From positions 1,200 to 65,199 of the forward strand of contig CAZPIN010000089.1 of assembly GCA_964586735.1 (NCBI GenBank): a stretch of DNA of 64,000 nt. Direction: 5' to 3'. Below are positions 46,168 to 55,556 of this stretch, piece after piece. The notes under the pieces are model-generated. The model was not told the origin of the DNA and made no database searches. It saw nothing but the letters and a program-made list of their open reading frames with translations. Position 1 is the stretch's first letter. Each line of letters begins with the position of its first letter. The position numbers and the translations under genes were made by a program. This DNA is from an uncultured Rhodobacterales bacterium (GTDB taxonomy: Bacteria; Pseudomonadota; Alphaproteobacteria; Rhodobacterales; CAZPXZ01).

Positions 46168-47846
46168 TGGCCATCCTACCTGACGATGGCAGCGCGGCCC
46201 GCCGCCTGCGGCGACGCCACCGGCAGGGGGCCAGGCTGCGGCTCTACGGGATTCTCGCCATCGCCCTTTCGGTACTGGCCCTGGCGGCGCTGCTGGGCTC
46301 CGTAGCGTCGCGGGCGCACCTCGCCATCACCGAAACCCATCTGGCCATCGACGTTGGCGAGGCTGGCGCGCGTACTGCGGAGGCGTGGCACCAGGCGCTG
46401 CGGCAGGGACTGCGGGACGCCTTCCCCGGCGCCGCCGACCGGCGGCAGCGGCGCGAGCTCGCCGCCCTGATCAGCGACGGCGCATCATGGGACCTCGCCG
46501 AGAGTGGCGCAACGGCGGAGGGCGGCGTGGCGATGGCGCTCGCCTCGGACCATGCGGACCTGTACTACAAGGGGCAGATCGCCAGGACCGAGCGCATGGA
46601 AGATGAGCATCCGGTACGGCTGGAGCGCCACGACGGCGGCTACGCGCTGCTGGCGGAGGGCGGCGGAGATTTCATGCTGGCATCCGCGGCGGTACGCGAA
46701 GCCCTGCGCCGCCAGGCGGAGGCGGCCCGGCAGGAGGCTGGACGGCTTATGGAAGGCGCGCGGGAGGCCGCCGGCAATCCCGAATTCGAGGAGGACCGGA
46801 AGCAGTGGCTGGCCAAGGCCGAGACGCTGATGGAGGAGGCCGCCGAGCTCGACCGCAGAAGCCGAGCCGACGCCATTGACGTTGACGGCAGCCTGCCAAG
46901 CGTGATGGTGCAGGCGGCGGGCGGCGTGCTGCTGGCCACCCGGCTCGACGAACGGCGGATGAATCTCGATGCGCTGGTGGAGCCCGCCGAGACGGGCGCG
47001 ATGGCCGCCGGGTCGTGGCGGATCCTGGCCACCGAACAGCCGCCGGAGTGGCGGTCGCTGTCGGACCGCCAGATCGCCTGGCTGGAGACGCTGGCGGAGC
47101 GGGGCCGGGTGGAGCGGACGGTGGCCTGGCGGCTGCTGACCGCCGACAACAGCCGCGAGCCGGAGCTGGCCGGGCTGCGCGACGCCGCGCTGGGATCGTT
47201 CTGGACGCTGCTGGTGTGCCTGCTGGTGGCCGTTCCGGTCGGCGTGCTGGCGGCGCTGTATCTGGAGGAGTTCGCCCCGCGCAACCGGCTCACCGATATC
47301 ATCGAGATCAACATCAACAACCTCGCGGCAGTGCCCTCGATCATCTTCGGCCTGCTGGGGCTGGCGGCCTTCATCCAGTTCTTCGGCCTGCCCCGCTCGG
47401 TGCCGCTGGTGGGCGGCCTGGTGCTGGCGCTGATGACGCTGCCCACCGTCATCATCGCCGCCCGCGCCGCCATCCACGCCGTCCCCCCGTCGATTCGCGA
47501 CGCCGCCCTGGGCGTCGGCGCGTCGCGGATGCAGACCACCCTGCACCATGTGCTGCCGTTGGCCATGCCGGGCATCCTCACCGGCGCCATCATCGGCATG
47601 GCCCGGGCGCTGGGCGAGACCGCGCCGCTGCTGCTGATTGGCATGGTGGCCTTCATCGTCGGCGGCAGGAGCGGGATTCTCGAGCCGGCCTCGGCGCTGC
47701 CGGTGCAGATCTTCCAGTGGGCTGACCTGCCGGAGCAGGCGTTCGCCAACCGGGCGGCGGCGGCCATCGCCGTCCTCGTCCTGTTTCTCGTGGCGATGAA
47801 CCTGCTGGCGGTGGTACTGCGTCGGCGCTTCGAGCGGCGCTGGTAG
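46167..47846 (+). CDS. pstA: Phosphate ABC transporter permease PstA (long form)
   Basis: The ATG at 46167 overlaps the pstC TGA (the track ORF runs spuriously from 45414 in the same frame). One N-terminal TM helix, a ~280-aa soluble loop, then the PstA core ([17 protein letters not shown]...[29 protein letters not shown]). Confidence 0.85.
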   Translation: MAILPDDGSAARRLRRRHRQGARLRLYGILAIALSVLALAALLGSVASRAHLAITETHLAIDVGEAGARTAEAWHQALRQGLRDAFPGAADRRQRRELAALISDGASWDLAESGATAEGGVAMALASDHADLYYKGQIARTERMEDEHPVRLERHDGGYALLAEGGGDFMLASAAVREALRRQAEAARQEAGRLMEGAREAAGNPEFEEDRKQWLAKAETLMEEAAELDRRSRADAIDVDGSLPSVMVQAAGGVLLATRLDERRMNLDALVEPAETGAMAAGSWRILATEQPPEWRSLSDRQIAWLETLAERGRVERTVAWRLLTADNSREPELAGLRDAALGSFWTLLVCLLVAVPVGVLAALYLEEFAPRNRLTDIIEININNLAAVPSIIFGLLGLAAFIQFFGLPRSVPLVGGLVLALMTLPTVIIAARAAIHAVPPSIRDAALGVGASRMQTTLHHVLPLAMPGILTGAIIGMARALGETAPLLLIGMVAFIVGGRSGILEPASALPVQIFQWADLPEQAFANRAAAAIAVLVLFLVAMNLLAVVLRRRFERRW

Positions 47847-47859
47847 GAGGGGACTCACC

Positions 47860-48684
47860 ATGGACCTGATACTCACTCCGGACACCGCGCCGAATCCGGC
47901 GGACGGGGCGGGCCGGGAGGAAGCGCCCGCCGTCAAGATGGCCGCCCGCGGCGTCTCGGTGCGCTACGGAAGGAAGGTCGGCATCGCCAACGTCACCACC
48001 GATATTTGCGAGCGCAGCGTCACCGCCTTCATCGGCCCGTCGGGATGCGGCAAGACCACCTTCCTGCGGTGCCTCAACCGCATGAACGACCCCATCCCCG
48101 GCTGCCGCGTCGACGGCCAGGTGCTGCTCGACGGCGTCGACATTTACGGCGCGGAGGTCGACCCGGTGCTGGTGCGAGCGCGGGTGGGGATGGTGTTCCA
48201 GAAGCCCAACCCATTTCCCAAGTCGATCTACGAGAACGTCGCCTACGGGCCGCGCATCCACGGCCTTGCGGCGGACCACGCCGACCTGGACGGCATCGTC
48301 GAGAAGTCGCTGCGCCGGGCCTCGCTATGGGACGAGGTCAAGGACCGGCTGCGGGACCCCGCCACCGGCCTGTCGGGCGGCCAGCAGCAGCGGCTGTGCA
48401 TCGCCCGCGCCATCGCCACCTCGCCGGAGGTGCTGCTGATGGACGAACCGTGCTCGGCACTGGATCCGGTGGCGACGGCGCGCATCGAGGACCTGATCGC
48501 CGAGATCCGCCGCAAGTACGCCATCGTCATCGTGACCCACTCCATGCAGCAGGCGGCGCGGGTGTCGCAGCAGGCGGCGTTTTTCCATCTGGGATCGCTG
48601 GTCGAGCAGGGCGAGACGGGGAGGATGTTCACCAACCCCTCCGACCCGCGCACGCTCGACTACATCACGGGCCGGGTCGGCTGA
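47860..48684 (+). CDS. pstB: Phosphate ABC transporter ATP-binding protein
   Basis: Walker [10 protein letters not shown], signature [14 protein letters not shown] and Walker [22 protein letters not shown]. Confidence 0.95.
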   Translation: MDLILTPDTAPNPADGAGREEAPAVKMAARGVSVRYGRKVGIANVTTDICERSVTAFIGPSGCGKTTFLRCLNRMNDPIPGCRVDGQVLLDGVDIYGAEVDPVLVRARVGMVFQKPNPFPKSIYENVAYGPRIHGLAADHADLDGIVEKSLRRASLWDEVKDRLRDPATGLSGGQQQRLCIARAIATSPEVLLMDEPCSALDPVATARIEDLIAEIRRKYAIVIVTHSMQQAARVSQQAAFFHLGSLVEQGETGRMFTNPSDPRTLDYITGRVG

Positions 48685-48710
48685 GCGCCGCCCCCGCCAG
48701 GGAGACATCC

Positions 48711-49454
48711 ATGGCCGCAGGAAGCGACCTCAACCCGCACATCGTCTCGGGCTTCGACGACGACCTGCGCGCGCTGACCCGCCAGGTGCTGGAGATGGGC
48801 AGCCTCGCCGAGCACCAGCTGAAGACGGCGCTGGACGCGCTGCAGCAGCGCGACCCGGCCCTCGCCGAGAGCGTTGTGAAGGCGGACGCGCGAATCGACG
48901 CGGCCGAGGTCGAGCTGGAGGAGAAGGCCATCCAGACCCTGGTGCTGCGCCAGCCGCTGGCCCTGGACCTGCGCGAGACCATCGCCGCCCTCAAGACGGC
49001 GTCGACGCTGGAGCGAATCGGCGACCTGGCCAAGAGCGTCGCCCGCTGCGTGCCGGCCATCGCCGCCCGCCCGCCGGTGCGCCTGGCGCGGCCGCTGGTG
49101 CAGATGGGCCACGACGCGCGGAGGCTGTTTGGCGACGTCCTCGACGCCTACGGCACCCGCGACGCCGAGAAGGCGGTGGAGGTGTGGAACCGCGACATCC
49201 AGATTGACGAAACCTACAACAGCCTGTTCCGCGAGATCACTACGTACATGATGGAAGACCCGCGCACCATCGGCAGCTGCGCCCTGCTCATGGCGATCGC
49301 CAAGAACCTCGAGCGCGTCGGCGACCACGCCACCTTCGTCGCCGAAATGACGTACTTTATCGTCGAGGGCGAGCGTCTCGGCGACGACCGGCCGAAGGGA
49401 CAGCCGGCCGGCCTGTTTCTGGACCCAGCCAACGGCAGAAGCGCGGACGCGTAG
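48711..49454 (+). CDS. phoU: Phosphate signalling complex protein PhoU
   Basis: ATG at 48711. Two PhoU repeats with E/D-x-x-x-D motifs (ADARIDAAEVELEE..., IQIDETYNSLFREI..., NLERVGDHATFVAE). Confidence 0.9.
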   Translation: MAAGSDLNPHIVSGFDDDLRALTRQVLEMGSLAEHQLKTALDALQQRDPALAESVVKADARIDAAEVELEEKAIQTLVLRQPLALDLRETIAALKTASTLERIGDLAKSVARCVPAIAARPPVRLARPLVQMGHDARRLFGDVLDAYGTRDAEKAVEVWNRDIQIDETYNSLFREITTYMMEDPRTIGSCALLMAIAKNLERVGDHATFVAEMTYFIVEGERLGDDRPKGQPAGLFLDPANGRSADA

Positions 49455-49481
49455 GAAGCGGCAGAACGGCGGGAGGCGAGC

Positions 49482-50183
49482 ATGCCCGAAGACGTGCGAA
49501 TACTGGTGGCGGAGGACGATTCGGCGCTGGCCGAGCTGCTGCGCTTCAACCTGGAGCACGAGGGCTACGAGACGGTCCTCTGCGCCGACGGCGAGGAAGC
49601 GGCCAGGATGCTGCGCGACTCCCCTCCACGCCTGGCGATACTGGACTGGATGCTGCCGGCCCGGTCGGGGCTGAAACTGTGCCGCGACATACGGGCCAAT
49701 CCGGTGACAGCGGGTATGCCAGTGATGATCCTGACCGCCCGCACCACGGTGGAGGACAGGCTGCGGGGTTTCGACGCGGGTGCCGACGACTACCTGGGCA
49801 AGCCGTTCGAGATGGCGGAACTCGTGTCGCGGGTGAAGGCGCTGCTGAGGCGGGCCGAGGGCTATCCGGCTGGAACGCAGATGGAGGTGGGAGCGGTCAC
49901 GCTCGACCCGGTGCGGCGGCGGGTGCGCAGCGGAGAACGGACCGTGCCTCTGGGGCCGAAGGAGTACGGCATCCTGGAGTGCCTGATGCGCGAGCCGGGC
50001 CGGGTGTACTCGCGGGAGGAGCTGCTCGACGCGGTGTGGGGACCGGACTCGTACGTCGACCCCAGAACGGTGGACGTCAATGTCAACCGCCTGCGGCAGG
50101 CGCTGGTGAAAGGCGGAGGAGGTGGACTGATACGCACCGTGCGGCTGGGCGGCTATGCCATCGATGACCTTGACGCCGGCTAG
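49482..50183 (+). CDS. phoB: Phosphate-regulon response regulator (OmpR family)
   Basis: Receiver domain (ILVAEDD...ILDWMLP...ILTARTT) plus winged-helix domain (LGPKEYGILECLMREPGRVYSREELLDAVWG...RTVDVNVNRLRQAL). Last gene of the pst-pho operon. Confidence 0.9.
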   Translation: MPEDVRILVAEDDSALAELLRFNLEHEGYETVLCADGEEAARMLRDSPPRLAILDWMLPARSGLKLCRDIRANPVTAGMPVMILTARTTVEDRLRGFDAGADDYLGKPFEMAELVSRVKALLRRAEGYPAGTQMEVGAVTLDPVRRRVRSGERTVPLGPKEYGILECLMREPGRVYSREELLDAVWGPDSYVDPRTVDVNVNRLRQALVKGGGGGLIRTVRLGGYAIDDLDAG

Positions 50184-50253
50184 CTTGGCGGTCTCCACTG
50201 AATCCAGATGGACCGTCGAAGAAGCGTGCGCTTCGATGTACATGACTCGGGGC

Positions 50254-50401
50254 TTGACACCTCTGATAGCGCCACTATGATGTGCGCGCTTGCCAGCGGG
50301 CAACCGATTCGGTACCCGCACTGGTGGCAGCAAGGCAAACTGCGGGATGCCGCTGGCGGATGCTTTGATTCGGCAGCCGGCGCCTGAAACAGGAGAACAC
50401 C
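50254..50401 (+). promoter_or_regulatory. Family promoter (TTGACA-N16-TATGAT) plus conserved ~115-nt leader of member F
   Basis: GGGCTTGACAC (TTGACA at 50254-50259) and ACTATGATGTGCGC (TATGAT at 50276-50281). The 16-mer GGTGGCAGCAAGGCAA at 50323-50338 sits in the loop of a CCCGCA/TGCGGG stem. RBS and start context: AGGAGAACACCATG. Confidence 0.5.
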
Positions 50402-53400
50402 ATGACCTTCGCCCAACTCGACGCGAGAGCGTCCATCACCCTTTCCGACAACATGGAAGCTGTACTTTTGCCAGTGCAGCCGAACCAGATTGAGCGCACC
50501 TACAGGGATGGCGACCATCTGGTGGTAGCGCTGGTCGACGGCAGGGAACTGCTGCTGGAGGGGTGGTTTAGCAGGCTGGAGGAAGGAAGCGAGGTCGCGC
50601 TGCTGGCGCGTGACGGAAGTACCGGCGAAATCGTAGCGGTAACCATCACCGAGACCGGTGAGTATGCCAGGACGCAGCCCGTCGCCCTGGGCCGTCTGGA
50701 GGAAATGTTTGACGCCGATGCCAACGCCATCGAGGAGGCGCTGCAGAAGGTCGGGGTGTCCGCGCAAGCCAGAACCGCGGCTGAGGTATTCACCCCTGAA
50801 CTCACCGCGGCGGCGATTGTAGGGGGCGTGGTCCTGGTAGCGGCCGTGGCGTTTATCGAAGAGTCCGAGGGGGAGCCCGAGCAAGCCGGGGCCGACAGGC
50901 CCGCAGTCACCGTTACTGCCGTTGACGATGATGGAGACGGAACCCCGGACGACAGCAACAACGACGGCACTCCGGATTTTGTAGACATCGACCCAGGCTC
51001 GGACGGCACCACGGACTTCAGGGTGGAGACAGCAGCCGAGCGGGTGGAAGTTTTTGGGACAAGCTACGAGCTGGATGGTAGCGGGGTGCAGCAGATAAGG
51101 TCAATCGCGCAGCCGGTGGCAGGCATCGAGACCATTCAAGAGGTCGATCTGGGCACGGACGGCAGGCCAGTTGCTATGAGCGTCCACAGCTCGGCGCTGG
51201 ACGAACTGGCGGGTACCGCCAGCGATGCCTACAGCCTGACCGTCGTGGGGGGCAGCGACGACCAGATAGCGTTTCTGGATGGCATCGTGTTCCAGGTGGA
51301 TTCCGGTACGACCGGCTTCAATGTCTACCAGGACCATCGCGGAGCGCGGTACGTCGTCGATGAGGATATCGACGTTGCGGGTGCTGGCTTCTACGAGTCC
51401 CCTCTTGCCGCGATCGTCGGCAAAGTGGAAGATGGCATAGTGGAAGACATCAATCTGGTCATGGTCGGAGCAACCGACGTTGGCGATGCTATCTCGGACA
51501 ATAACCTTGAGCATTTTCACACGCTGCTGGAAGCCATTCGGGACGCATCGGCCAGCGCAGCGGGAGCGGCGGTGAGCAGAAGCATCGCCGTGCCCGCGAA
51601 TGTACCGGCGCTGGACGACCTGACAGAAGGTGATCTGGTGAAGCTGGCCGGGTACGTCAACGACTACGTGCAGGGCAGCGACGACAGCGGCGACATCAGC
51701 ATGACCGCGTCCATCACCGGGCGCACGCTGACCATGACCGTCGAGGACGGGGATGGAACCGACGACAAGGATGTGGAGATCGTGTTCGCCACTGCGGGCG
51801 CGGGGCAAACAAGCCTGGACGCGGCGGTGATCACCCAAAAACGGGACACGGACGGCGATGGCAGCGTAGACCGCGTCAGCATCGACGGGACCACCGGCGA
51901 GGCTGCTGACGGCACTGCAGACCAGCACGAGGATTTCGAGTACGACTCCGATGGTAGCGTAACATCGAAAAGGCTGGATACGGATGCGGACGGCACACCC
52001 GATGGCAGTGAAACCTTCGCGTATACGAACGGGGCCACCCGAGCGGAGCGAGACTCCGACAACGACGGCACTCCTGATCGAATCTCGCATGATGCTGACA
52101 GCGACGGCAATGCCGAGCTCATCGAGCATGACGACGATGACAATGGCACCATCGACCGCACCGAGCATGATGCTGACAGTGACGGCACGCCGGAGCGGAT
52201 CGTACACAACGCCGATGCGGCTGGCGTCAACGTGCGCACCGAGGATGACGCCAACGACAATGGCACCATCGAACGCACCCGGCACGACGCCAATGGCGAT
52301 GGTACGCCGGAACGGATCGAATACGACCAGGATGAAAACGGCACCATAGACTTGACGACGTCCGATTCCGATGGAGACGGATATGCCGATCTGTGGGAAT
52401 GGGACACGGATGAGGATGGCACCGCTGACTTTAGAGGCTACGACACGGACAACAACGGCACCGTGAACTACTACGAGAATAGATTTGATCGGGGCGGCGC
52501 GCAGCTCCGATTCGACTACGACCGGGACGAAAACGGCACCATCGACCTGACTGCATTCGACTCAGATGGAGACAGGCGAGCGGAACTGCTGCATTTCGAC
52601 ACGGACGAGGACGGGACGCCGGAAGCCACGGGATACGACACGGACGATGACGGCAGAGTGAACTACTACGAGATCGACTCCAATCAAGATGGTACTCTGG
52701 ACGGCTACATCCTGGACGAGGACGACAACGGCTCACCGGACTTCTCGCAGGTTGACAGCGACCAGAATGGAGTGTTCGAGTCTGCCACACGTTCCCCCGA
52801 CGCCACGGGGAGCAGGGTTATCCGAGTCGACAATCTGCTGGTCACTCAGCCCTCCGAAGTAATCAGCTATGACCGGCTTGGAAGAATTTCCGCCATTAGC
52901 GTCGACTCGGACCAGAATGGCACCGCCGAAGAGCACCAGACCTATATCTACAACTCCTTTGACCCTCTGGGAAGGGTGGTGGAGGATGCGGCCGATTCAG
53001 CGTTGGATGAAGGGGGAATAGACGGCTCCCTCGACGACATTCACTACTATTTCCATGGTGCCTATATCCCAACTTCTGCAGACGGGCAGGTGCGCGTTGT
53101 GACGGCGGCTAACCCGCAGAGCGAGGGGGGGCTTCCCACGGGCATTGCGATCGACTTTAACGGCGACGGCACAGTGGATGCAGAGGGAGCGCCAGCTGTA
53201 AACGTTGAATCAGTTAGCGAGGACGTCAACGGAACCACTACGGATCTGCTCAATCAGCCGTCAATACAGACCGTGTTCTTCGAGCCGGACGACACGGTAC
53301 GGGACCCGGAAAACCCGTACTGGGTTGAACACTTGGTACACGGCTATACCGGCAACCTCCTTCATGCAACGGTCATTGCGGGCGACTCCATCTATATGCA

Positions 53401-54244
53401 TGGCAGTTTCGCCGCGATCAATATGGCGTACACGTATGGGACCATCGACAGCCAGCCGGACAGCGATCTGCACGTGTCCCGAATCCAGTACGACGTAACC
53501 CATGGTATAGGGGAGGACGCGACAGTGGACCGCGAGTGGGGCGAGGCGTACTCCTATACGCTGACGACAGGTCCCGATGAAGTCACCCAGATCATCGACA
53601 CGATCAGGAAGGATGTCTTCTCAACGGACCATGACGGCACGGCGGATCCCGACCGGACCGAGCTGTATCATTACGACGAGAACGGCATGATCGAAAGCGT
53701 CGAGATTGACAGCGTCGGCACCGACGGAACCGGTACTGCCGACGGCACGTATGACAGCACCGAGACGTATTTCTACGGCCCCGGCGCTTTCTATGACAGC
53801 TATCGCGATACCGGAAAGATGTTCGTCTACAAGACCGTGGACGATGACCGCGACGGGACGGCGGACAGCCTGGATTTTGCCAACGGCGTCACCTACAGCT
53901 TTGCGCCTGGCGCGGATGAGTTGGACGCTCTGGTTGGCATTGCCAGTATCAACCTGTCCGGCACCGCTGACGACCCCGCCTATCCAGCCATTCTGATCGA
54001 CGGCGTGACCACGTTGACCATAACCGACGAGGTGCTGTCAGCGCTTGCGGACCGCGATGGCGACGGCACCGCTGACACCGGCTACACCCTTACCATCGAC
54101 AGCGACGGAACGAACGATGTCGTACGGATCGGAGCCGGCATTGAAATGGTGGCAGGTAGCGACGATGGCGAGGGCCGCGTTTACCATCAGGGAACCGACG
54201 GAGTCATCTACATCGACCCGGATATCACCGTGGAAGCGGTATAG
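50402..54244 (+). CDS. Polyacidic family member F
   Basis: 1280 aa. N cassette: IERTYRDGDHLVVALVDGRELLLEGWF...ALGRLEEMF. Helix: AAIVGGVVLVAAVAFI. An internal C-cassette-like copy lies at ~51135-51385. A 13-residue-period DxDxDG array spans ~51843-52785. Ends GVIYIDPDITVEAV. Confidence 0.85.
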   Translation: MTFAQLDARASITLSDNMEAVLLPVQPNQIERTYRDGDHLVVALVDGRELLLEGWFSRLEEGSEVALLARDGSTGEIVAVTITETGEYARTQPVALGRLEEMFDADANAIEEALQKVGVSAQARTAAEVFTPELTAAAIVGGVVLVAAVAFIEESEGEPEQAGADRPAVTVTAVDDDGDGTPDDSNNDGTPDFVDIDPGSDGTTDFRVETAAERVEVFGTSYELDGSGVQQIRSIAQPVAGIETIQEVDLGTDGRPVAMSVHSSALDELAGTASDAYSLTVVGGSDDQIAFLDGIVFQVDSGTTGFNVYQDHRGARYVVDEDIDVAGAGFYESPLAAIVGKVEDGIVEDINLVMVGATDVGDAISDNNLEHFHTLLEAIRDASASAAGAAVSRSIAVPANVPALDDLTEGDLVKLAGYVNDYVQGSDDSGDISMTASITGRTLTMTVEDGDGTDDKDVEIVFATAGAGQTSLDAAVITQKRDTDGDGSVDRVSIDGTTGEAADGTADQHEDFEYDSDGSVTSKRLDTDADGTPDGSETFAYTNGATRAERDSDNDGTPDRISHDADSDGNAELIEHDDDDNGTIDRTEHDADSDGTPERIVHNADAAGVNVRTEDDANDNGTIERTRHDANGDGTPERIEYDQDENGTIDLTTSDSDGDGYADLWEWDTDEDGTADFRGYDTDNNGTVNYYENRFDRGGAQLRFDYDRDENGTIDLTAFDSDGDRRAELLHFDTDEDGTPEATGYDTDDDGRVNYYEIDSNQDGTLDGYILDEDDNGSPDFSQVDSDQNGVFESATRSPDATGSRVIRVDNLLVTQPSEVISYDRLGRISAISVDSDQNGTAEEHQTYIYNSFDPLGRVVEDAADSALDEGGIDGSLDDIHYYFHGAYIPTSADGQVRVVTAANPQSEGGLPTGIAIDFNGDGTVDAEGAPAVNVESVSEDVNGTTTDLLNQPSIQTVFFEPDDTVRDPENPYWVEHLVHGYTGNLLHATVIAGDSIYMHGSFAAINMAYTYGTIDSQPDSDLHVSRIQYDVTHGIGEDATVDREWGEAYSYTLTTGPDEVTQIIDTIRKDVFSTDHDGTADPDRTELYHYDENGMIESVEIDSVGTDGTGTADGTYDSTETYFYGPGAFYDSYRDTGKMFVYKTVDDDRDGTADSLDFANGVTYSFAPGADELDALVGIASINLSGTADDPAYPAILIDGVTTLTITDEVLSALADRDGDGTADTGYTLTIDSDGTNDVVRIGAGIEMVAGSDDGEGRVYHQGTDGVIYIDPDITVEAV
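51843..52785 (+). repeat. Coding array of DxDxDG loops with ~13-residue spacing in member F
   Basis: Example: DSDNDGTPDRISHDADSDGNAELIEHDDDDNGTIDRTEHDADSDGTPERIVHNADAAGVNVRTEDDANDNGTIERTRHDANGDGTPERIEYDQDENGTIDL... About 20 or more loops can be read off the translation. Confidence 0.8.
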
Positions 54245-55406
54245 CGGCAGGCCGATCCAGTCACCGCTTGGGTCACCGCCCCGTCCGGGGCCGTAGCTGT
54301 CCAAGGCCCGCCACGCGGAAACCGCCCGGCATTTGCGGCAAGGTTTCTCGCCAGCTATGGCGCACCTCGGGCAATATTCGGAAGCTTGCTGCAGGCGCGG
54401 GTTGGCATAGGTGAGGAAATCTGCCTCTCCCGAGTAGCTGCCTCGCGGCGGCCAGACCGTCGTTCAAGTGGGGGAGCGCGGCGTACGCCGTTTCTGCCGG
54501 AACCAGCAACGCCGCCTGCCGCAGGCGGTGACAGAAAGGATGCTGGCCACTGTGCCTGCAGGCCGCGAAACGGGAGCGGGCGAGCGGCGCAGGTCGGCAT
54601 AGGTACCGCAGCCTGATCGTCTCCCGGATGCCCAACGCATGGGCAAGAACACCCTATAGCCACCGCGGGAAGTTCAGCGTCTCCATCGACAGATGAAGTG
54701 GAGCGAAAGCCGGGATGCCTGGCTTCGCTGCTGCGCAGAGTGCGCTCTCTGCACCCTGCGCATCGAGGGAAACGCGCGCCTTGTTCTGGTCGGGGAAGAT
54801 GTCGGCTGGAGCAAGCGCAGGGATGGCCTGTCTCGGATGTTCCCATATCTCACCGCGGGCCGTGGCCGAGAGTCGCTGGCGCACTGTCGGGGACAGCGGA
54901 AGGCAGAGGAGGGGTTCCCTTCCATACGCGCCCCGCACGCCTTCGGGCGCGGCGGGTACTCGCCGGACGGCATTGCGGACCGACGCCCGCATCGCGACTT
55001 CCTTCTTTACCAGCTACCTGAGTCTGGCATCTGGCGCATCGAGTGTCGATTCAAAGTCAGCGCAGGGGACACAGTACAACCCACACGGCCCTTACGAATC
55101 GGTGCCTGATCGTACTGCACCGCTCAGCTGGCATCTGTCCGTACACCACGCCGTTCAGGCATGAGGCGGATGCGAAGTCCTTGTGCGGGGCGATGCTGTT
55201 GCCGCAGGCTTACGCTCCGGTCAGTGGGCCCCTTGAGGCATCGGCCCTGCGGCGCGGTGGCGTCTTGGCCCGGTCTAGTTGCTTGTGGAATATGGCATTA
55301 TTGAGAAAGCCGTCGGAGTCAGTTGGTGCCAGATAGCATCGAGTCGATCGGCAGGGCCAGCTGGACAGACGAGGAAGCGAACGCTATGGTATCTCGTCAG
55401 ATGGGC

Positions 55407-55556
55407 TTGACACGCCCATGTGCGTTACTATGATGCGCACACTCACAAGCGAATCGCCGACGCGGCCCTAGCGTCGGTGGCAGCAAGACAACCCGCAGGG
55501 GCCCGTTCGCGGGTCCATACATCTGGCCCCTCCAGTGCCAGAATAAGGAGAACACT
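55407..55556 (+). promoter_or_regulatory. Family promoter (TTGACA-N16-TATGAT) plus conserved ~115-nt leader of member G
   Basis: GGGCTTGACAC (TTGACA at 55407-55412) and ACTATGATGCGC (TATGAT at 55429-55434). The 16-mer GGTGGCAGCAAGACAA lies at 55476-55491, 42 nt after the -10 box exactly as in F. Followed by an ACCCGC...GCGGGT hairpin. RBS and start context: AGGAGAACACTATG. Confidence 0.5.

Noticed and set aside
44794-47846. Unusually long PstC (457 aa) and PstA (559 aa, with a ~280-aa soluble loop after TM1).
   Set aside because: As far as I recall, long-form PstC/PstA with an extended N-terminal loop are common in Alphaproteobacteria. Conserved permease cores and operon context are normal, so this is not flagged as novel.
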